Assembly (NCBI GenBank): GCA_963776935.1
Contig: CAVZOP010000007.1
Coordinates: 8,788 to 72,787, forward strand
Direction of reading: 5' to 3'
Source: Ilumatobacteraceae bacterium
Lineage (GTDB): Bacteria > Actinomycetota > Acidimicrobiia > Acidimicrobiales > Ilumatobacteraceae
Length of the DNA stretch: 64,000 nucleotides
The notes under the pieces: generated by a model
Told to the model about the DNA's origin: nothing
Databases searched by the model: none
What the model saw: only the letters and a program-made list of their open reading frames with translations
Made by a program: the position numbers and the translations under genes
In this document: piece after piece, positions 37,483 to 47,487 of the stretch
Position numbering within the stretch: position 1 is the stretch's first letter
Layout of the letters: every line of letters begins with the position of its first letter

Positions 37483-38933
37483 CCACACCGGTGTTCGTTC
37501 GCACGCCTCGATCGGCGGCGCTAGAAGACTCCAAGCCGCGCGAAGAGTGCGGGGTTCTCGGCATCTCGACGCCGCACGGCGACGGCGTCGCCGAGTTGGC
37601 GTTCTTCGGGTTGTTCGCGTTGCAGCATCGCGGGCAGGAGGGGGCCGGCATCGCCGTCAGCGACGGCCACCGGGCGCGCGTGCACAAGGACGCCGGGCTC
37701 GTCACCAACGTCTTCACCCGCGACACGATGGCGCCGCTCGTCGGCTACCACGCCATCGGCCACACCCGCTACAGCACGACCGGGTCGAACGCCCAGCGCA
37801 ACCTCCAACCGTTCCTCGTCGAGACGATGCACGGGCCGCTGGCACTCGCCCACAATGGCAACGTCGTCAACGCGACGGCGCTGCGCGACGAGCTGCTGGC
37901 GAAGGGATTCGGGCTGACCGCGACGAGCGACACCGAGGTGTTGACGTTGATGCTGGCGGCTGCCGGTGGTCGCACGTGGGAGGAGCGGGTCGAGCGCACG
38001 TTGCCGGCATGGAAGGGCGCCTTCTCGCTCGTGATACTGGCGCGCGATCAGGTGATCGCGGTGCGTGACCCGTGGGGGTTCCGGCCGCTGTCGGTCGGCC
38101 GCCTGCCACTCGGGGGGCACGCCGTCGCCAGCGAGACGTGCGCGCTGTCGACACTGGGCTGCGTCGACATCGACGAGGTGCGCCCCGGCGAGATGGTCAC
38201 GTTGCAGGGCGCCGAGGTGCGTCGCCACCAGGCACTCGCGCCCGCAACGACGTCGGCCAGGTGCACGTTCGAGTTCGTCTACTTCTCGCGCCCCGATTCG
38301 GTGTGGGACGACCGCGGCGTCCACCACGTGCGCCAACGACTCGGGGTCGAGCTCGCCACCGAGTCGGGGGTCGACGCCGACGTCGTCATCCCCGTGCCCG
38401 ACTCCTCGATCCCCGCCGCCATCGGGTACGCGCGCCAGAGCGGCCTGCCGTTCAACGACGGGCTCATCAAGAACCGCTACATCGGCCGGACGTTCATCGA
38501 GCCGACCCAGGACATCCGCGACCGCGGCGTGGCACTCAAGTTCAACGCCCTCGCCGAGAACCTCTCCGGCAAGCGAGTCGTGATGATCGACGACTCGCTC
38601 GTGCGCGGCACGACCGCGGGACCGCTCGTGAAGCTGGTGCGCGACGCGGGTGCCACCGAGGTGCACATGCGGATCACCTGCCCACCCATCACGCACGCCT
38701 GCCACTTCGGCGTCGACATGGGCCACGACGGCGACCTGATGGCGGCCCGCCTGACGGTGCCCGAGATGGCCGCCCAGATCGGCGCCGACAGCCTGGCGTT
38801 CCTGTCGCTCGAGGGGATGATGCGGGCGATCGACTCGCAGTCCGGGTACTGCAACGCGTGCTTCACGGGTCGGTACCCGATCGCCGTCGAGGAGGCCCAA
38901 GCCAAGCTCTCGTTCGAGGGGGCATTGGCGTAG
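37479..38933 (+). CDS. purF: Amidophosphoribosyltransferase
   Basis: ..EECGVLGI.. (N-terminal Cys nucleophile after a propeptide), ..ALQHRGQEGAGIA.., and the PRPP loop ..VVMIDDSLVRGTT... The start is either TTG 37479, which overlaps the purC stop, or GTG 37491. Confidence 0.88.
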   Translation: MTTPVFVRTPRSAALEDSKPREECGVLGISTPHGDGVAELAFFGLFALQHRGQEGAGIAVSDGHRARVHKDAGLVTNVFTRDTMAPLVGYHAIGHTRYSTTGSNAQRNLQPFLVETMHGPLALAHNGNVVNATALRDELLAKGFGLTATSDTEVLTLMLAAAGGRTWEERVERTLPAWKGAFSLVILARDQVIAVRDPWGFRPLSVGRLPLGGHAVASETCALSTLGCVDIDEVRPGEMVTLQGAEVRRHQALAPATTSARCTFEFVYFSRPDSVWDDRGVHHVRQRLGVELATESGVDADVVIPVPDSSIPAAIGYARQSGLPFNDGLIKNRYIGRTFIEPTQDIRDRGVALKFNALAENLSGKRVVMIDDSLVRGTTAGPLVKLVRDAGATEVHMRITCPPITHACHFGVDMGHDGDLMAARLTVPEMAAQIGADSLAFLSLEGMMRAIDSQSGYCNACFTGRYPIAVEEAQAKLSFEGALA

Positions 38934-41125
38934 TGGTCCGCGTCCTCGTCATCGGCGGCGGCGGCCGCGAGCAGGCGATCGCATGGGCGTGCCGCCGTCA
39001 CGGGCACGAAGTCGAGCTCGCCGCCGACCTCGGTGACGCCTCGCCGGCCACGGTCGATCTCGTGATCGTCGGGCCGGAGGCGGCGCTGAGCGCCGGCGTC
39101 GCCGACGAGTGCGCCCGCCGCGGTGTGGCGTGCTTCGGGCCGACGGCCGAGCTGGCCCGGCTCGAGTCGTCGAAGGGCTACACGCGCGAACTGGGCGAGC
39201 GGTTGGGGATCCCCGGACCCGCCTACCGGCAGTTCGATTCGGCCGAGCCGGCAATCGAGTGGTTCCGGTCGGTCGGACGTCCGGTCGTCGTCAAGCTCGA
39301 CGGTTTGGCGGCAGGCAAGGGCGTCATCGTGCCCGCCGACGCCGACGAGACCGTCGCCGCCATCCGGGCGACCGCCGAGCAGGGTCCGTTCGTGGTCGAG
39401 GAACGCCTCTCCGGGCCCGAGTGCTCGTTGCTCGTGCTGTGCGACGGCCGCATCGGCCGGCCACTCCCGATCGCCCAGGACCACAAGCGCATCGGCGAGG
39501 GCGACACCGGGCCCAACACCGGCGGGATGGGTGCCTACGCGCCCGCTCCGGTGCCGTACGGCGCCGACGAGCTGGTGGCGACGTTCGTCCAACCGGTGCT
39601 CGATCACCTCGCCGCCGCCGGCACGCCGTACGTGGGCGTGTTGTACGCGGGGCTGATGCTCACCGCCGACGGCCCCCGGTTGATCGAGTTCAACTGCCGC
39701 TTCGGCGATCCCGAGGCGCAGGCCGTGCTCCCCCTCGTCGACTCCGACCTCGCCGAGCTGTTGCTGGCGTGCACGCGCGGTGAGCTCGCTGATGCGCCGT
39801 TGCGGGTGCGAGCTGGCGTGGCCTGCACCGTGGTCGCCGCCGCGCCCGGTTATCCCGAGGCGCCGATCGCCGGGGCTGAGATCGGTGGACTTTCGCCGAC
39901 CGAGGACGCCTCGACGATCCTGTTCCCTGCGGGCATCGTCGAGGGGCGCGTCACGGGTGGTCGGGTGCTGGCCGTCACCGGGCTCGGCGCCGATCTCGCG
40001 GCCGCGCGTGCCGCGGCGTACGAGCGCATGGCGTCGATCCGGTTCGACGGCATGCAGGTGCGTCGCGACATCGGATGGCGGGCGCCGGGCGCGATGCTCA
40101 CGTCGTACGCGGCGGCCGGCGTCGACATCGACGAGGGCAACCGCGCGGTCCGCAAGATGACCGGCGCGATCGAGCGCACGCTCGGGCCCGACGTGCTGCG
40201 CGGCGTCGGCAGCTTCGGCGGCGTGTTCTCCGCCAAGTCGATCATGGCGATGGACGACCCGGTGCTCGTGGCCTCGACCGACGGCGTCGGCACCAAAGTC
40301 GAGCTGGCCGCCCGCGCCGGGATGGTGCGAGGGGTCGGCGCCGACATCGTCAACCACTGCATCGACGACGTCCTCGTGCAGTCGGCGCGGCCGCTGTTCT
40401 TCCTCGACTACATCGCCGCCAGCAAGCTCGACGCCGAGCTCGTCGCCGAGGTCGTCACGGGCATGGCCGAAGCGTGCGAGGCCGCCGGGTGCGCGCTGCT
40501 CGGAGGCGAGACGGCCGAGATGCCCGGCGTGTACACGCCGGGCGCGTTCGACATCGCCGGGACGCTGATCGGCGTGGCCGAGCGGTCACGGCTGCTCCCC
40601 CGCGACGATCTCGCCGCCGGTGACGTGCTGATCGGCGTCGCGTCGAGCGGCCCGCACACCAACGGGTACTCGTTCCTCCGCAAACTGTTCGAGTGGCTGC
40701 CGCTCGATTCGGTGCCCGCCGGGCTCGACCGCCCGCTCGGCGAAGCGCTGCTCGAACCGCACCGTTCGTACCTCGCCGTGCTCGGCCCCGTGATCGACAG
40801 CGGGATGGTCAAAGCGCTGGCCCACATCACCGGCGGCGGGCTCCCCGAGAACCTCCCGCGGGTGCTGCCCGACGGCATCGACGCTCACGTGCGGCTCGGT
40901 TCGTGGCCGGTCCCGCCGCTGTTCCAACTCGTGCGCGAGCTGGCGACAGGCGTCGACACCCACGAGCTGCACCGGATGCTCAACATGGGAATCGGCATGG
41001 TCGTGGTGTGTCACCCGACTGCGGTGGCCGATATCCAGGCGTCGATCCCGGAGGAGACCTGGGTGATCGGCTCGCTCGTGCCGGGCACACCCGGCAGTCG
41101 CACTGTGCGCCTGATCACGTCGTAG
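38933..41125 (+). CDS. purD/purM: Single ORF encoding phosphoribosylamine-glycine ligase (PurD) fused to AIR synthase (PurM)
   Basis: The PurD part is VVRVLVIGGGGREQAIAW..DHKRIGEGDTGPNTGGMGAY..VRRDIGWRA. It continues without a stop as PGAMLTSYAAAGVDIDEGN..DGVGTKV..GGETAEMPG..SSGPHTNGYS.. (PurM). There is an internal ATG at 40094. Confidence 0.85.
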   Translation: MVRVLVIGGGGREQAIAWACRRHGHEVELAADLGDASPATVDLVIVGPEAALSAGVADECARRGVACFGPTAELARLESSKGYTRELGERLGIPGPAYRQFDSAEPAIEWFRSVGRPVVVKLDGLAAGKGVIVPADADETVAAIRATAEQGPFVVEERLSGPECSLLVLCDGRIGRPLPIAQDHKRIGEGDTGPNTGGMGAYAPAPVPYGADELVATFVQPVLDHLAAAGTPYVGVLYAGLMLTADGPRLIEFNCRFGDPEAQAVLPLVDSDLAELLLACTRGELADAPLRVRAGVACTVVAAAPGYPEAPIAGAEIGGLSPTEDASTILFPAGIVEGRVTGGRVLAVTGLGADLAAARAAAYERMASIRFDGMQVRRDIGWRAPGAMLTSYAAAGVDIDEGNRAVRKMTGAIERTLGPDVLRGVGSFGGVFSAKSIMAMDDPVLVASTDGVGTKVELAARAGMVRGVGADIVNHCIDDVLVQSARPLFFLDYIAASKLDAELVAEVVTGMAEACEAAGCALLGGETAEMPGVYTPGAFDIAGTLIGVAERSRLLPRDDLAAGDVLIGVASSGPHTNGYSFLRKLFEWLPLDSVPAGLDRPLGEALLEPHRSYLAVLGPVIDSGMVKALAHITGGGLPENLPRVLPDGIDAHVRLGSWPVPPLFQLVRELATGVDTHELHRMLNMGIGMVVVCHPTAVADIQASIPEETWVIGSLVPGTPGSRTVRLITS

Positions 41126-41606
41126 CGCCGACGCGCAGGGCGACCGTCAGTGTGCCGGCGGCGGCGATCGCCGAGATCGTCCGCACGTGGTTCCAGGCCG
41201 TCCACGCCGACAGGTAGTGATCCCAGTGGCTGACGGCGTCGATGCTGTCGGCATCGACCACGGCGAGGGCGTCGTTCCGGGGGACGTGGTACACGACGGT
41301 CAGCACGATCGTCACGAGGTACAACACGCCGCCGATGAGGTGGTAGACGGCGTCCGGCTCGTCCATCCGGAACAGCGCTGAGACGGCGAGGGCGACGCAC
41401 GCCAGGCCGGTGCCGAAGAGTGCCGCCATGAACCACGGCGTCGGAGCCGCGGTGTTGATCGATTGCATGGCGGCGATGCCCTTCGCCGGGGGCAGTCGAC
41501 CGAGGGCCTTCATCACGAACACGGAGAAGGCGAAGAAGACACCACCGACGACGCCGCAGCCGACCGCCGCCAGCGTGGTCAACGTGCTCAGAGATCGATC
41601 GAGCAT
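41115..41606 (-). CDS. DUF1772 (anthrone oxygenase-like) membrane protein
   Basis: 163 aa from MLDRSLSTL.. with four TM helices and a ..VPRNDAL.. loop typical of DUF1772. Confidence 0.65.
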   Translation of the reverse strand: MLDRSLSTLTTLAAVGCGVVGGVFFAFSVFVMKALGRLPPAKGIAAMQSINTAAPTPWFMAALFGTGLACVALAVSALFRMDEPDAVYHLIGGVLYLVTIVLTVVYHVPRNDALAVVDADSIDAVSHWDHYLSAWTAWNHVRTISAIAAAGTLTVALRVGATT

Positions 41607-41619
41607 CGTGTGACCCCGC

Positions 41620-42458
41620 TCAGCGATTCCACACGCCGGTGGCGGCGGTGGCGCGGGCGTACTCGGTGAAGTCGCGAGGCTCACGCCCGAGCGCCCGTTG
41701 CACACCGTCGGTGAGGTGGGCGTTGCGGCCGTCGAGCACGGTGGTGAACAACTCGCTGAGCGGCTGCGCCTCCTCGACCGGCACCCCGGCTGCGATCGCC
41801 GCCGCCACGTACTGCTCCGGCGTCACGTCGTAGAAGCGGATGTCGCGACCGATCGCGGCGGCGATCTCGTCGGCGACGTCGGCGAACGTCAGCAGCCGTG
41901 GTCCGGTCAACTCGTACACCTGCCCGACGTGTCGGTCGTCGGTCAGCGCCGCGGTCGCGACGTCGGCGACGTCGCCGGCGTCGACGAACGGCTCCGCCAC
42001 GTCGCCGGCCGGCAGAGCGATCACACCATTGAGCACGGGCTCGAGCAAGAAATGCTCGCTGAAGTTCTGCGAGAACCAGCTCGCCCGCACGATCGTCCAG
42101 TCGGCCCCGGACTCCTGCACGGCTTTCTCGCTGACCTGGGCCTCGTCCTCGCCGCGGCCGGACAGCAGCACCAGCCGACGGGCACCGCTCGACACGGCGA
42201 GGTCGGCGAACGAGCGGATGGTGTCGGCCGCGCCCGGGAACGCCAGATCGGGGTAGTACACGACGTAGACGGCGGTCACGTCGCGCAGGCGGGCGCCCAG
42301 GTGGCGGGGTCGTTCCACTCGAACGGCGGCGTGCCCGAGCGCGACCCGATCCGGGTCGGCACTCCACGGGCCGCGAGGCGCTGTGCCACTCGGCGGCCGG
42401 TCTTGCCGGTGCCGCCGAGGACGAGGGTGGTGTGGGAGGTCGATGTGTTTGTGCTCAT
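41620..42458 (-). pseudogene. NmrA-like / NAD(P)H-binding SDR-family protein, frame break at ~42290 as sequenced
   Basis: MSTNTSTSHTTLVLGGTGKTGRRVAQRL.. is in one frame. After the shift it continues ..RDVTAVYVVYYPD..RRLVLLSGRG..WTIVRASWFSQNF... Confidence 0.75.
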
Positions 42459-42539
42459 GCCGTCAGTGAACGCCAAGTGGGTTGGACGTTCCATAGCCGA
42501 TTCGCTCAGATCCATCATCGAGCGTCTAGGATTCGGTCG

Positions 42540-43517
42540 ATGGACGCGCTCGCCGGTCTGCTCGACGGTGCCAGAGCCCGTGGGGCGTTCCTGCTCCGAT
42601 CCGTGATGGCGCCGCCGTGGGCGATCCGGATCGAGGACCGGGCGCCGCTGTCCCTGCTGGCGATGGTTCGGGGCGAGGCGTGGGTGATGCACGACGGCGG
42701 CACGCCGGTGTTGCTCGTTCCAGGCGACGTGGCGCTGATGCGGGGCCCCGACCCGTACACCGTCGCCGATGACCCACGCACCGCGCCCCAGATCGTGATC
42801 CACCCCGGCCAGCACTGCACCACACTCGACGGCACGGATCTGGCACAGGCGATGGACCTCGGTGTCAGGACGTGGGGCAACGACCTCGGCGGGTCCACGG
42901 TCATGCTCACCGGCACGTACGAGGGTGCGTCGGCCATCGGCCAACGACTTCTCGGCGCGTTGCCGGCGCTGGCCGTCCTGCCGCGCGACGGTTGGGACAG
43001 TCCGCTCGTCGCGTTCCTCGCCGACGAGATCGTCAAGGACGAGCCCGGCCAGGAAGTCGTGCTCGACCGGCTGCTCGACCTCCTCGTCATCGCCGCCGTC
43101 CGAAGCTGGTTCGCGCGGCCCGACGCCGAGGCGCCCCCGTGGTATCGGGCGCACACTGACCCCGTCGTCGGCAAGGCACTGCGACTGCTGCACAACAACC
43201 CGGCCCATCCCTGGACGGTGGCCGAGCTCGCCGCCGAGTGCGGCATCTCCCGCGCCGGCCTGGCCCGCCGATTCACCGACCTCGTCGGCGAGCCACCGAT
43301 GACGTTCCTCACCGGCTGGCGGCTGGCCCTCGCCGCCGACCTGTTGCGTGAGACCGACGCGACCGTCGGCTCGGTCGCCAACCGGGTCGGCTACGGCAGC
43401 CCGTTCGCGCTCAGTACCGCCTTCAAGCGCGTCCACGGCATCAGCCCCCGCCAACACCAACTCCAGTCCACCCGCACGGATCAGATCCCGAGGATGTCGG
43501 CGATCAGGTCGGCGTAG
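42540..43517 (+). CDS. AraC-family transcriptional regulator with N-terminal cupin-like domain
   Basis: MDALAGLLDGARARGAFLLRSVMAPPW.. (AraC_binding_2/cupin_6-like). The C-terminal HTH is ..WTVAELAAECGISRAGLARRFTDLVGEPPMTFLTGWRL..VANRVGYGSPFALSTAFKRVHG... Confidence 0.8.
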   Translation: MDALAGLLDGARARGAFLLRSVMAPPWAIRIEDRAPLSLLAMVRGEAWVMHDGGTPVLLVPGDVALMRGPDPYTVADDPRTAPQIVIHPGQHCTTLDGTDLAQAMDLGVRTWGNDLGGSTVMLTGTYEGASAIGQRLLGALPALAVLPRDGWDSPLVAFLADEIVKDEPGQEVVLDRLLDLLVIAAVRSWFARPDAEAPPWYRAHTDPVVGKALRLLHNNPAHPWTVAELAAECGISRAGLARRFTDLVGEPPMTFLTGWRLALAADLLRETDATVGSVANRVGYGSPFALSTAFKRVHGISPRQHQLQSTRTDQIPRMSAIRSA

Positions 43518-44344
43518 TACTGCTGGCCCTCGGGTCGGAGGTGGATCCCGTCCTCGTAGAAGCACTCGCCGGGGCACTCGACCGATCGCGCCTCCCAGTC
43601 GAACAGGATCTTGTTGTCGCCCTCGTGATCGGCGGCACGCAGGAGTGCATTGTTCTCGGCGGTCCAGCCCCGGTCGGCCCTGACCGTCAGGAGGACCACG
43701 TTCGGCACGTCGTCCATCGTCGCCAGGAAGGCGTCGAGCGTCACCTGGCTGATCGGGCCGTTGGTGCCGAGGTGCACGACGACGACCCGGCCGAACAGGC
43801 CCTGGTCACGGAACTGCTGGAGCACCGGGATCATGTCGATCATCTGGCGGCTCACCGCCGCATCCACGACCAGACCGTGGGCGGTGAGCGATGGCGCCGC
43901 GCCGAGCATCACCGAGTCGCCGACCGCAAGGTACGGGACCGGTTCGAGCGGCAGCGGCAGCGCGGTCGTCGCAGTCGTCGCAGTCGTCGTCGTCGCTCCG
44001 GCCGGTGTCGAATCTGTCGTCGGAGCGGACGCTTCGGTCGCGGTGTTCGTGGTGGTCGGGACGGGCTCGCTGACGGAGGTCGACTCGGTCGGGTTCACGA
44101 GCTCACCGAGGTCAGTGACCACCTCCTCGCCGGCATCGAGCGATTGGGCGACCTCCGTGGTTTGGTCGGGGTCACCGTCGACGACGAACGCGAGCGACCC
44201 GACGAGAAGTCCTACGACCGCGCCCAGACTCAACACTCGCGTGGCCTCCCGGCGGCGGCGGAGGCGCCGGGCGCGCTCGGAGACGCGGGCGAGCGTGTCG
44301 AGGCCGGGTCGGGGTGGGTCGGGGTCCATGAGGTCGTCGAACAC
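43481..44344 (-). CDS. Membrane-anchored SGNH/GDSL-like hydrolase-domain protein coupled to an ECF sigma factor gene
   Basis: A short cytoplasmic N-terminus is followed by a TM helix (VLSLGAVVGLLVGSLAFVV) and a Thr-rich linker. The hydrolase-like domain reads ..YLAVGDSVMLG..VVVHLGTNG..EDGIHLRPEG... The start is 2-17 nt after the sigma gene stop. Confidence 0.6.
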   Translation of the reverse strand: MFDDLMDPDPPRPGLDTLARVSERARRLRRRREATRVLSLGAVVGLLVGSLAFVVDGDPDQTTEVAQSLDAGEEVVTDLGELVNPTESTSVSEPVPTTTNTATEASAPTTDSTPAGATTTTATTATTALPLPLEPVPYLAVGDSVMLGAAPSLTAHGLVVDAAVSRQMIDMIPVLQQFRDQGLFGRVVVVHLGTNGPISQVTLDAFLATMDDVPNVVLLTVRADRGWTAENNALLRAADHEGDNKILFDWEARSVECPGECFYEDGIHLRPEGQQYYADLIADILGI

Positions 44345-44345
44345 G

Positions 44346-44823
44346 TCAGTCCTCCAGTGCCCACGTGGGGCCGAGGTGAATCCGGAGCGCGGCGAGGCCA
44401 CGCGAGGTCGCGCTCTTGACGGTGCCGGTCGTGCATCCCATCGCGGCTCGCCGTGTCGCGCTCGGTCAGGTCGAGCAGATGGCGGAGCACCACCGCTTCG
44501 CGTTGTCGGCGCGGCAGCGCTCGCAAGGCACGGACGAGGTCGGCCCGCCGCAGGCTGAGCGGGTCGTCAGAACCGTCGGGGGGCTCGTGCGGGTGCGAGC
44601 GTGATCGCTTGCGCCAGCGGTCGATCGCGCCGTTCGTCGCCACCCGGGCGACCCACGGCGTCGCCCGGTCCTCGATGCGACCCCACCGGGCGAGTGCCTT
44701 CGCCAACGCGTCCTGGGCGCAGTCCTCTGCCTCACCCCGCTCGCCGAGGATCGCGAACGACGCCCGATAGGCGACGGCGAACAGTTCCCCGAACTGATCG
44801 ACGAACCCGGCCGACTCGCTCAC
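44346..44823 (-). pseudogene. ECF-type RNA polymerase sigma factor, frame break at ~44440 as sequenced
   Basis: Region 2 is ..LFAVAYRASFAILGERGEAEDCAQDAL... Region 4 is ..LPRRQREAVVLRHLLDLTERDTA, then after the shift AAMGCTTGTVKSATSRGLAALRIHLG..*. Confidence 0.75.
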
Positions 44824-44921
44824 ACCCGGGAAACGTACGACGACCCCCGGAGGTTGTCCCGGGGGGCTGACTTTCGTTCATGGTCGCCGCGATCGACGGG
44901 ACCCGCGCCTACGGTCTCCAC

Positions 44922-47030
44922 ATGGAGCCGCCGAGCCGCCGCCCGACTCGGATCGTCGTGATGGTCTCGGGTGACGGGTCGAACCTGCAGGCGATCCTCG
45001 ATGCCTGCGCGAGCGGCGAACTGCCGGCCGAGGTGGTCGCCGTGGTGTCGAACCGGGCCGACGTGTTCGCCCTCCAACGCGCCGACGCAGCGGGGGTGCC
45101 GGCGGTGCACGTCGGCGCCCAGCCGGACGAGTCGCGGGCCGACTACGACGCCCGCCTGGCCGACGTCGTGGCCGGGTTCGGTCCCGACCTGGTGGTGCTC
45201 GCCGGGTGGATGCGCGTGCTCACGATGAGCTTCCTCGGCTGGTTCCCCCAGCGCGTCGTCAACCTCCACCCCGCCCGCCCGGGCGAGCTCCCCGGCACCC
45301 ACGCCATCGAGCGGGCGTGGCACGAAGCACTGGCCGGCGAACGCACCGAGACCGGCGTGATGGTGCACCTCGTCCCCGACGAAGGCGTCGACGACGGTCC
45401 GGTACTCGCCACCGCAACCGTCCCCATCCGACCCGACGACACCCTAGAAACCCTCACCGAGCGGGTGCACGCCACCGAGCACCGCCTGCTCGTCGATACC
45501 CTCCGCACGATGTGCCTGAAGGAGCTGACGCGCATGACGCACCCGAACCACGACTTCTTCGACCGCTTCGAGGCGCTGACGTTCGACGACGTCGTCGTCG
45601 TCCCCGGCTACTCCGAGACGCTGCCCGACTCGGTCGACACGACGGCCACGTTCGCCGCCGACATCGAGCTCGCCGTGCCGTTGGTCTCGGCGGCGATGGA
45701 CAAGGTGACCGAGGCCCGCATGGCGATCGCCATGGCGCGTCACGGCGGGATCGGCGTGATCCACCGCAACATGTCGATCGTCGAGCAGGCGGCCGAGGTG
45801 CAGAAGGTCAAGCGCAGCCAGAGCGGGATGATCTCCGACCCGGTCACGCTCCCACCGACGGCGAAGCTGCACGAGGCCGAGGAGCTGATGAACCGCTTCC
45901 GCTTCTCCGGGATGCCGATCACCGATCCCGACGGCCGCCTCGTCGGCATCCTCACCAACCGCGACATCCGGTTCTGCGAGGGCGGCGACTTCGAGCGGCC
46001 GGTGTCGGAGTTCATGACCCACGAGCGGCTGATCACGGCCAAGGTCGGCACGTCACTCGACGAGGCCAAAGCGGTGCTGCAGACGTACCGCATCGAGAAG
46101 CTCCCCCTCGTCGACGACGACGGCCGGCTGGCCGGTCTGATCACGGTCAAGGACATCCAGAAGCGCCTCGAATACCCGAACGCCTCCCGCGACACCCTCG
46201 GCCGCCTGCGTTGCGCGGCGGCGGTCGGCGTCGGCGACGACGTCGAGGAACGGGTCGAGGCACTGGTGGCGATGGGGGTCGACGCGGTCGCGATCGACAC
46301 GGCCCACGGCCACTCCGCCGGCGTCATCAAGACGATCGAGCGGATCAAGGGATCGTGGCCCGACCTCGCCGTGACCGCCGGCAACGTCGTCACCGAGGAG
46401 GGCGTCGACGCACTGGCCGACGCCGGAGCCGACGCCATCAAGGTCGGCGTCGGGGCCGGCTCGATCTGCACCACCCGCGTCGTCAGCGGGGCGGGGATGC
46501 CGCAACTCTCGGCGATCTGGTTCACGACGCGGCGGGCCCGCCGGCGCGGCGTCCCGGTCATCGGCGATGGTGGCATCACGTACTCCGGCGACATCGTCAA
46601 GGCGATCGCCGCCGGCGCCGACACCGTGATGCTCGGTTCGCTGTTGGCGGGCACCGAGGAGAGCCCGGGCGAGACCGAGCTGTTCGAGGGGCGCCGGTTC
46701 AAGAGCTACCGCGGCATGGGCTCGCTGGGTGCGATGCAGGGACTCGGTGCCGACCGCTACGCCACCGCCCAGTCGACCGTGGCCGCCACCAGCCGCAAGC
46801 TCGTCCCCGAGGGCATCGAGGGACGGGTGCCGTACGCCGGACCGCTCGGCGACACGATCTACCAACTCGTCGGCGGGCTGCGCAGCGGGATGGGCTACGC
46901 GGGTGCCGGCGACCTGGAAGCGCTGCGCACCAGCAGCCGCTTCATGCGGGTCACCACCGCGGGCCGCGAGGAGAGCCACCCGCACGACGTGACGATCACC
47001 AAGGAAGCCCCCAACTACCAGCGCAGCTAG
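44922..47030 (+). CDS. purN/guaB: Phosphoribosylglycinamide formyltransferase (PurN) reading through, without a stop codon, into IMP dehydrogenase (GuaB)
   Basis: The PurN part is ..[49 protein letters not shown]... The GuaB part starts at ATG 45534 ([28 protein letters not shown] pair..[21 protein letters not shown]..). An AAGGAG lies at 45519-45524, 9 nt upstream of that ATG. Confidence 0.85.
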   Translation: MEPPSRRPTRIVVMVSGDGSNLQAILDACASGELPAEVVAVVSNRADVFALQRADAAGVPAVHVGAQPDESRADYDARLADVVAGFGPDLVVLAGWMRVLTMSFLGWFPQRVVNLHPARPGELPGTHAIERAWHEALAGERTETGVMVHLVPDEGVDDGPVLATATVPIRPDDTLETLTERVHATEHRLLVDTLRTMCLKELTRMTHPNHDFFDRFEALTFDDVVVVPGYSETLPDSVDTTATFAADIELAVPLVSAAMDKVTEARMAIAMARHGGIGVIHRNMSIVEQAAEVQKVKRSQSGMISDPVTLPPTAKLHEAEELMNRFRFSGMPITDPDGRLVGILTNRDIRFCEGGDFERPVSEFMTHERLITAKVGTSLDEAKAVLQTYRIEKLPLVDDDGRLAGLITVKDIQKRLEYPNASRDTLGRLRCAAAVGVGDDVEERVEALVAMGVDAVAIDTAHGHSAGVIKTIERIKGSWPDLAVTAGNVVTEEGVDALADAGADAIKVGVGAGSICTTRVVSGAGMPQLSAIWFTTRRARRRGVPVIGDGGITYSGDIVKAIAAGADTVMLGSLLAGTEESPGETELFEGRRFKSYRGMGSLGAMQGLGADRYATAQSTVAATSRKLVPEGIEGRVPYAGPLGDTIYQLVGGLRSGMGYAGAGDLEALRTSSRFMRVTTAGREESHPHDVTITKEAPNYQRS

Positions 47031-47040
47031 ACAGCCCCGC

Positions 47041-47445
47041 TCATCCGGGCTGGGTCGCGGGCTCGTACCCGAGCGCGCGGGTGAGACCGACCGGGTCGTC
47101 GAGGCTGATCGCCAGCTCGCGGACACGGATCGGCACACCGAGGACGCGCGCCCGTGCCGGAGGCTCGATGGCGAGCACCACGATCCCGTGCGACGACCCG
47201 TTCACCAGCCATCGCTGTCGCCACCCGTGCACCCCCCAGCTCCACACGCGACCGGTCCACGGCGTCACCGAGCTGACCGCGGAGCGGTCGAACGCGGACC
47301 TGAACGCGTAGCTCATCCACACGACCACTTGGTCGCCGTCGATCGTCACCCGACTCCACCGAGGAACGAGCCCGCACACGACCGCGATCCACCGGTACCA
47401 ACCGTCGTGCCGGATCGTGAAGACCTCCACAGGATGACGATACAA
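47041..47445 (-). CDS. Hypothetical protein
   Basis: 134-aa Trp-rich ORF with normal composition. It is convergent with guaB. No family was recognised. Confidence 0.4.
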   Translation of the reverse strand: MYRHPVEVFTIRHDGWYRWIAVVCGLVPRWSRVTIDGDQVVVWMSYAFRSAFDRSAVSSVTPWTGRVWSWGVHGWRQRWLVNGSSHGIVVLAIEPPARARVLGVPIRVRELAISLDDPVGLTRALGYEPATQPG

Positions 47446-47487
47446 AAGCGCCCGAACGAGCGACCGCTCAATACAGTCGTGGTCCGG

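Noticed and set aside
34017-40357. Very long antisense ORFs (596 aa at 34017-35807, 459 aa at 37521-38900, 626 aa at 38477-40357) opposite purL, purF and purD/purM
   Set aside because: The plus-strand products have unmistakable Pur enzyme motifs. The antisense translations are Arg/Gly/Asp-rich with no recognisable domains. They are a high-GC artefact.
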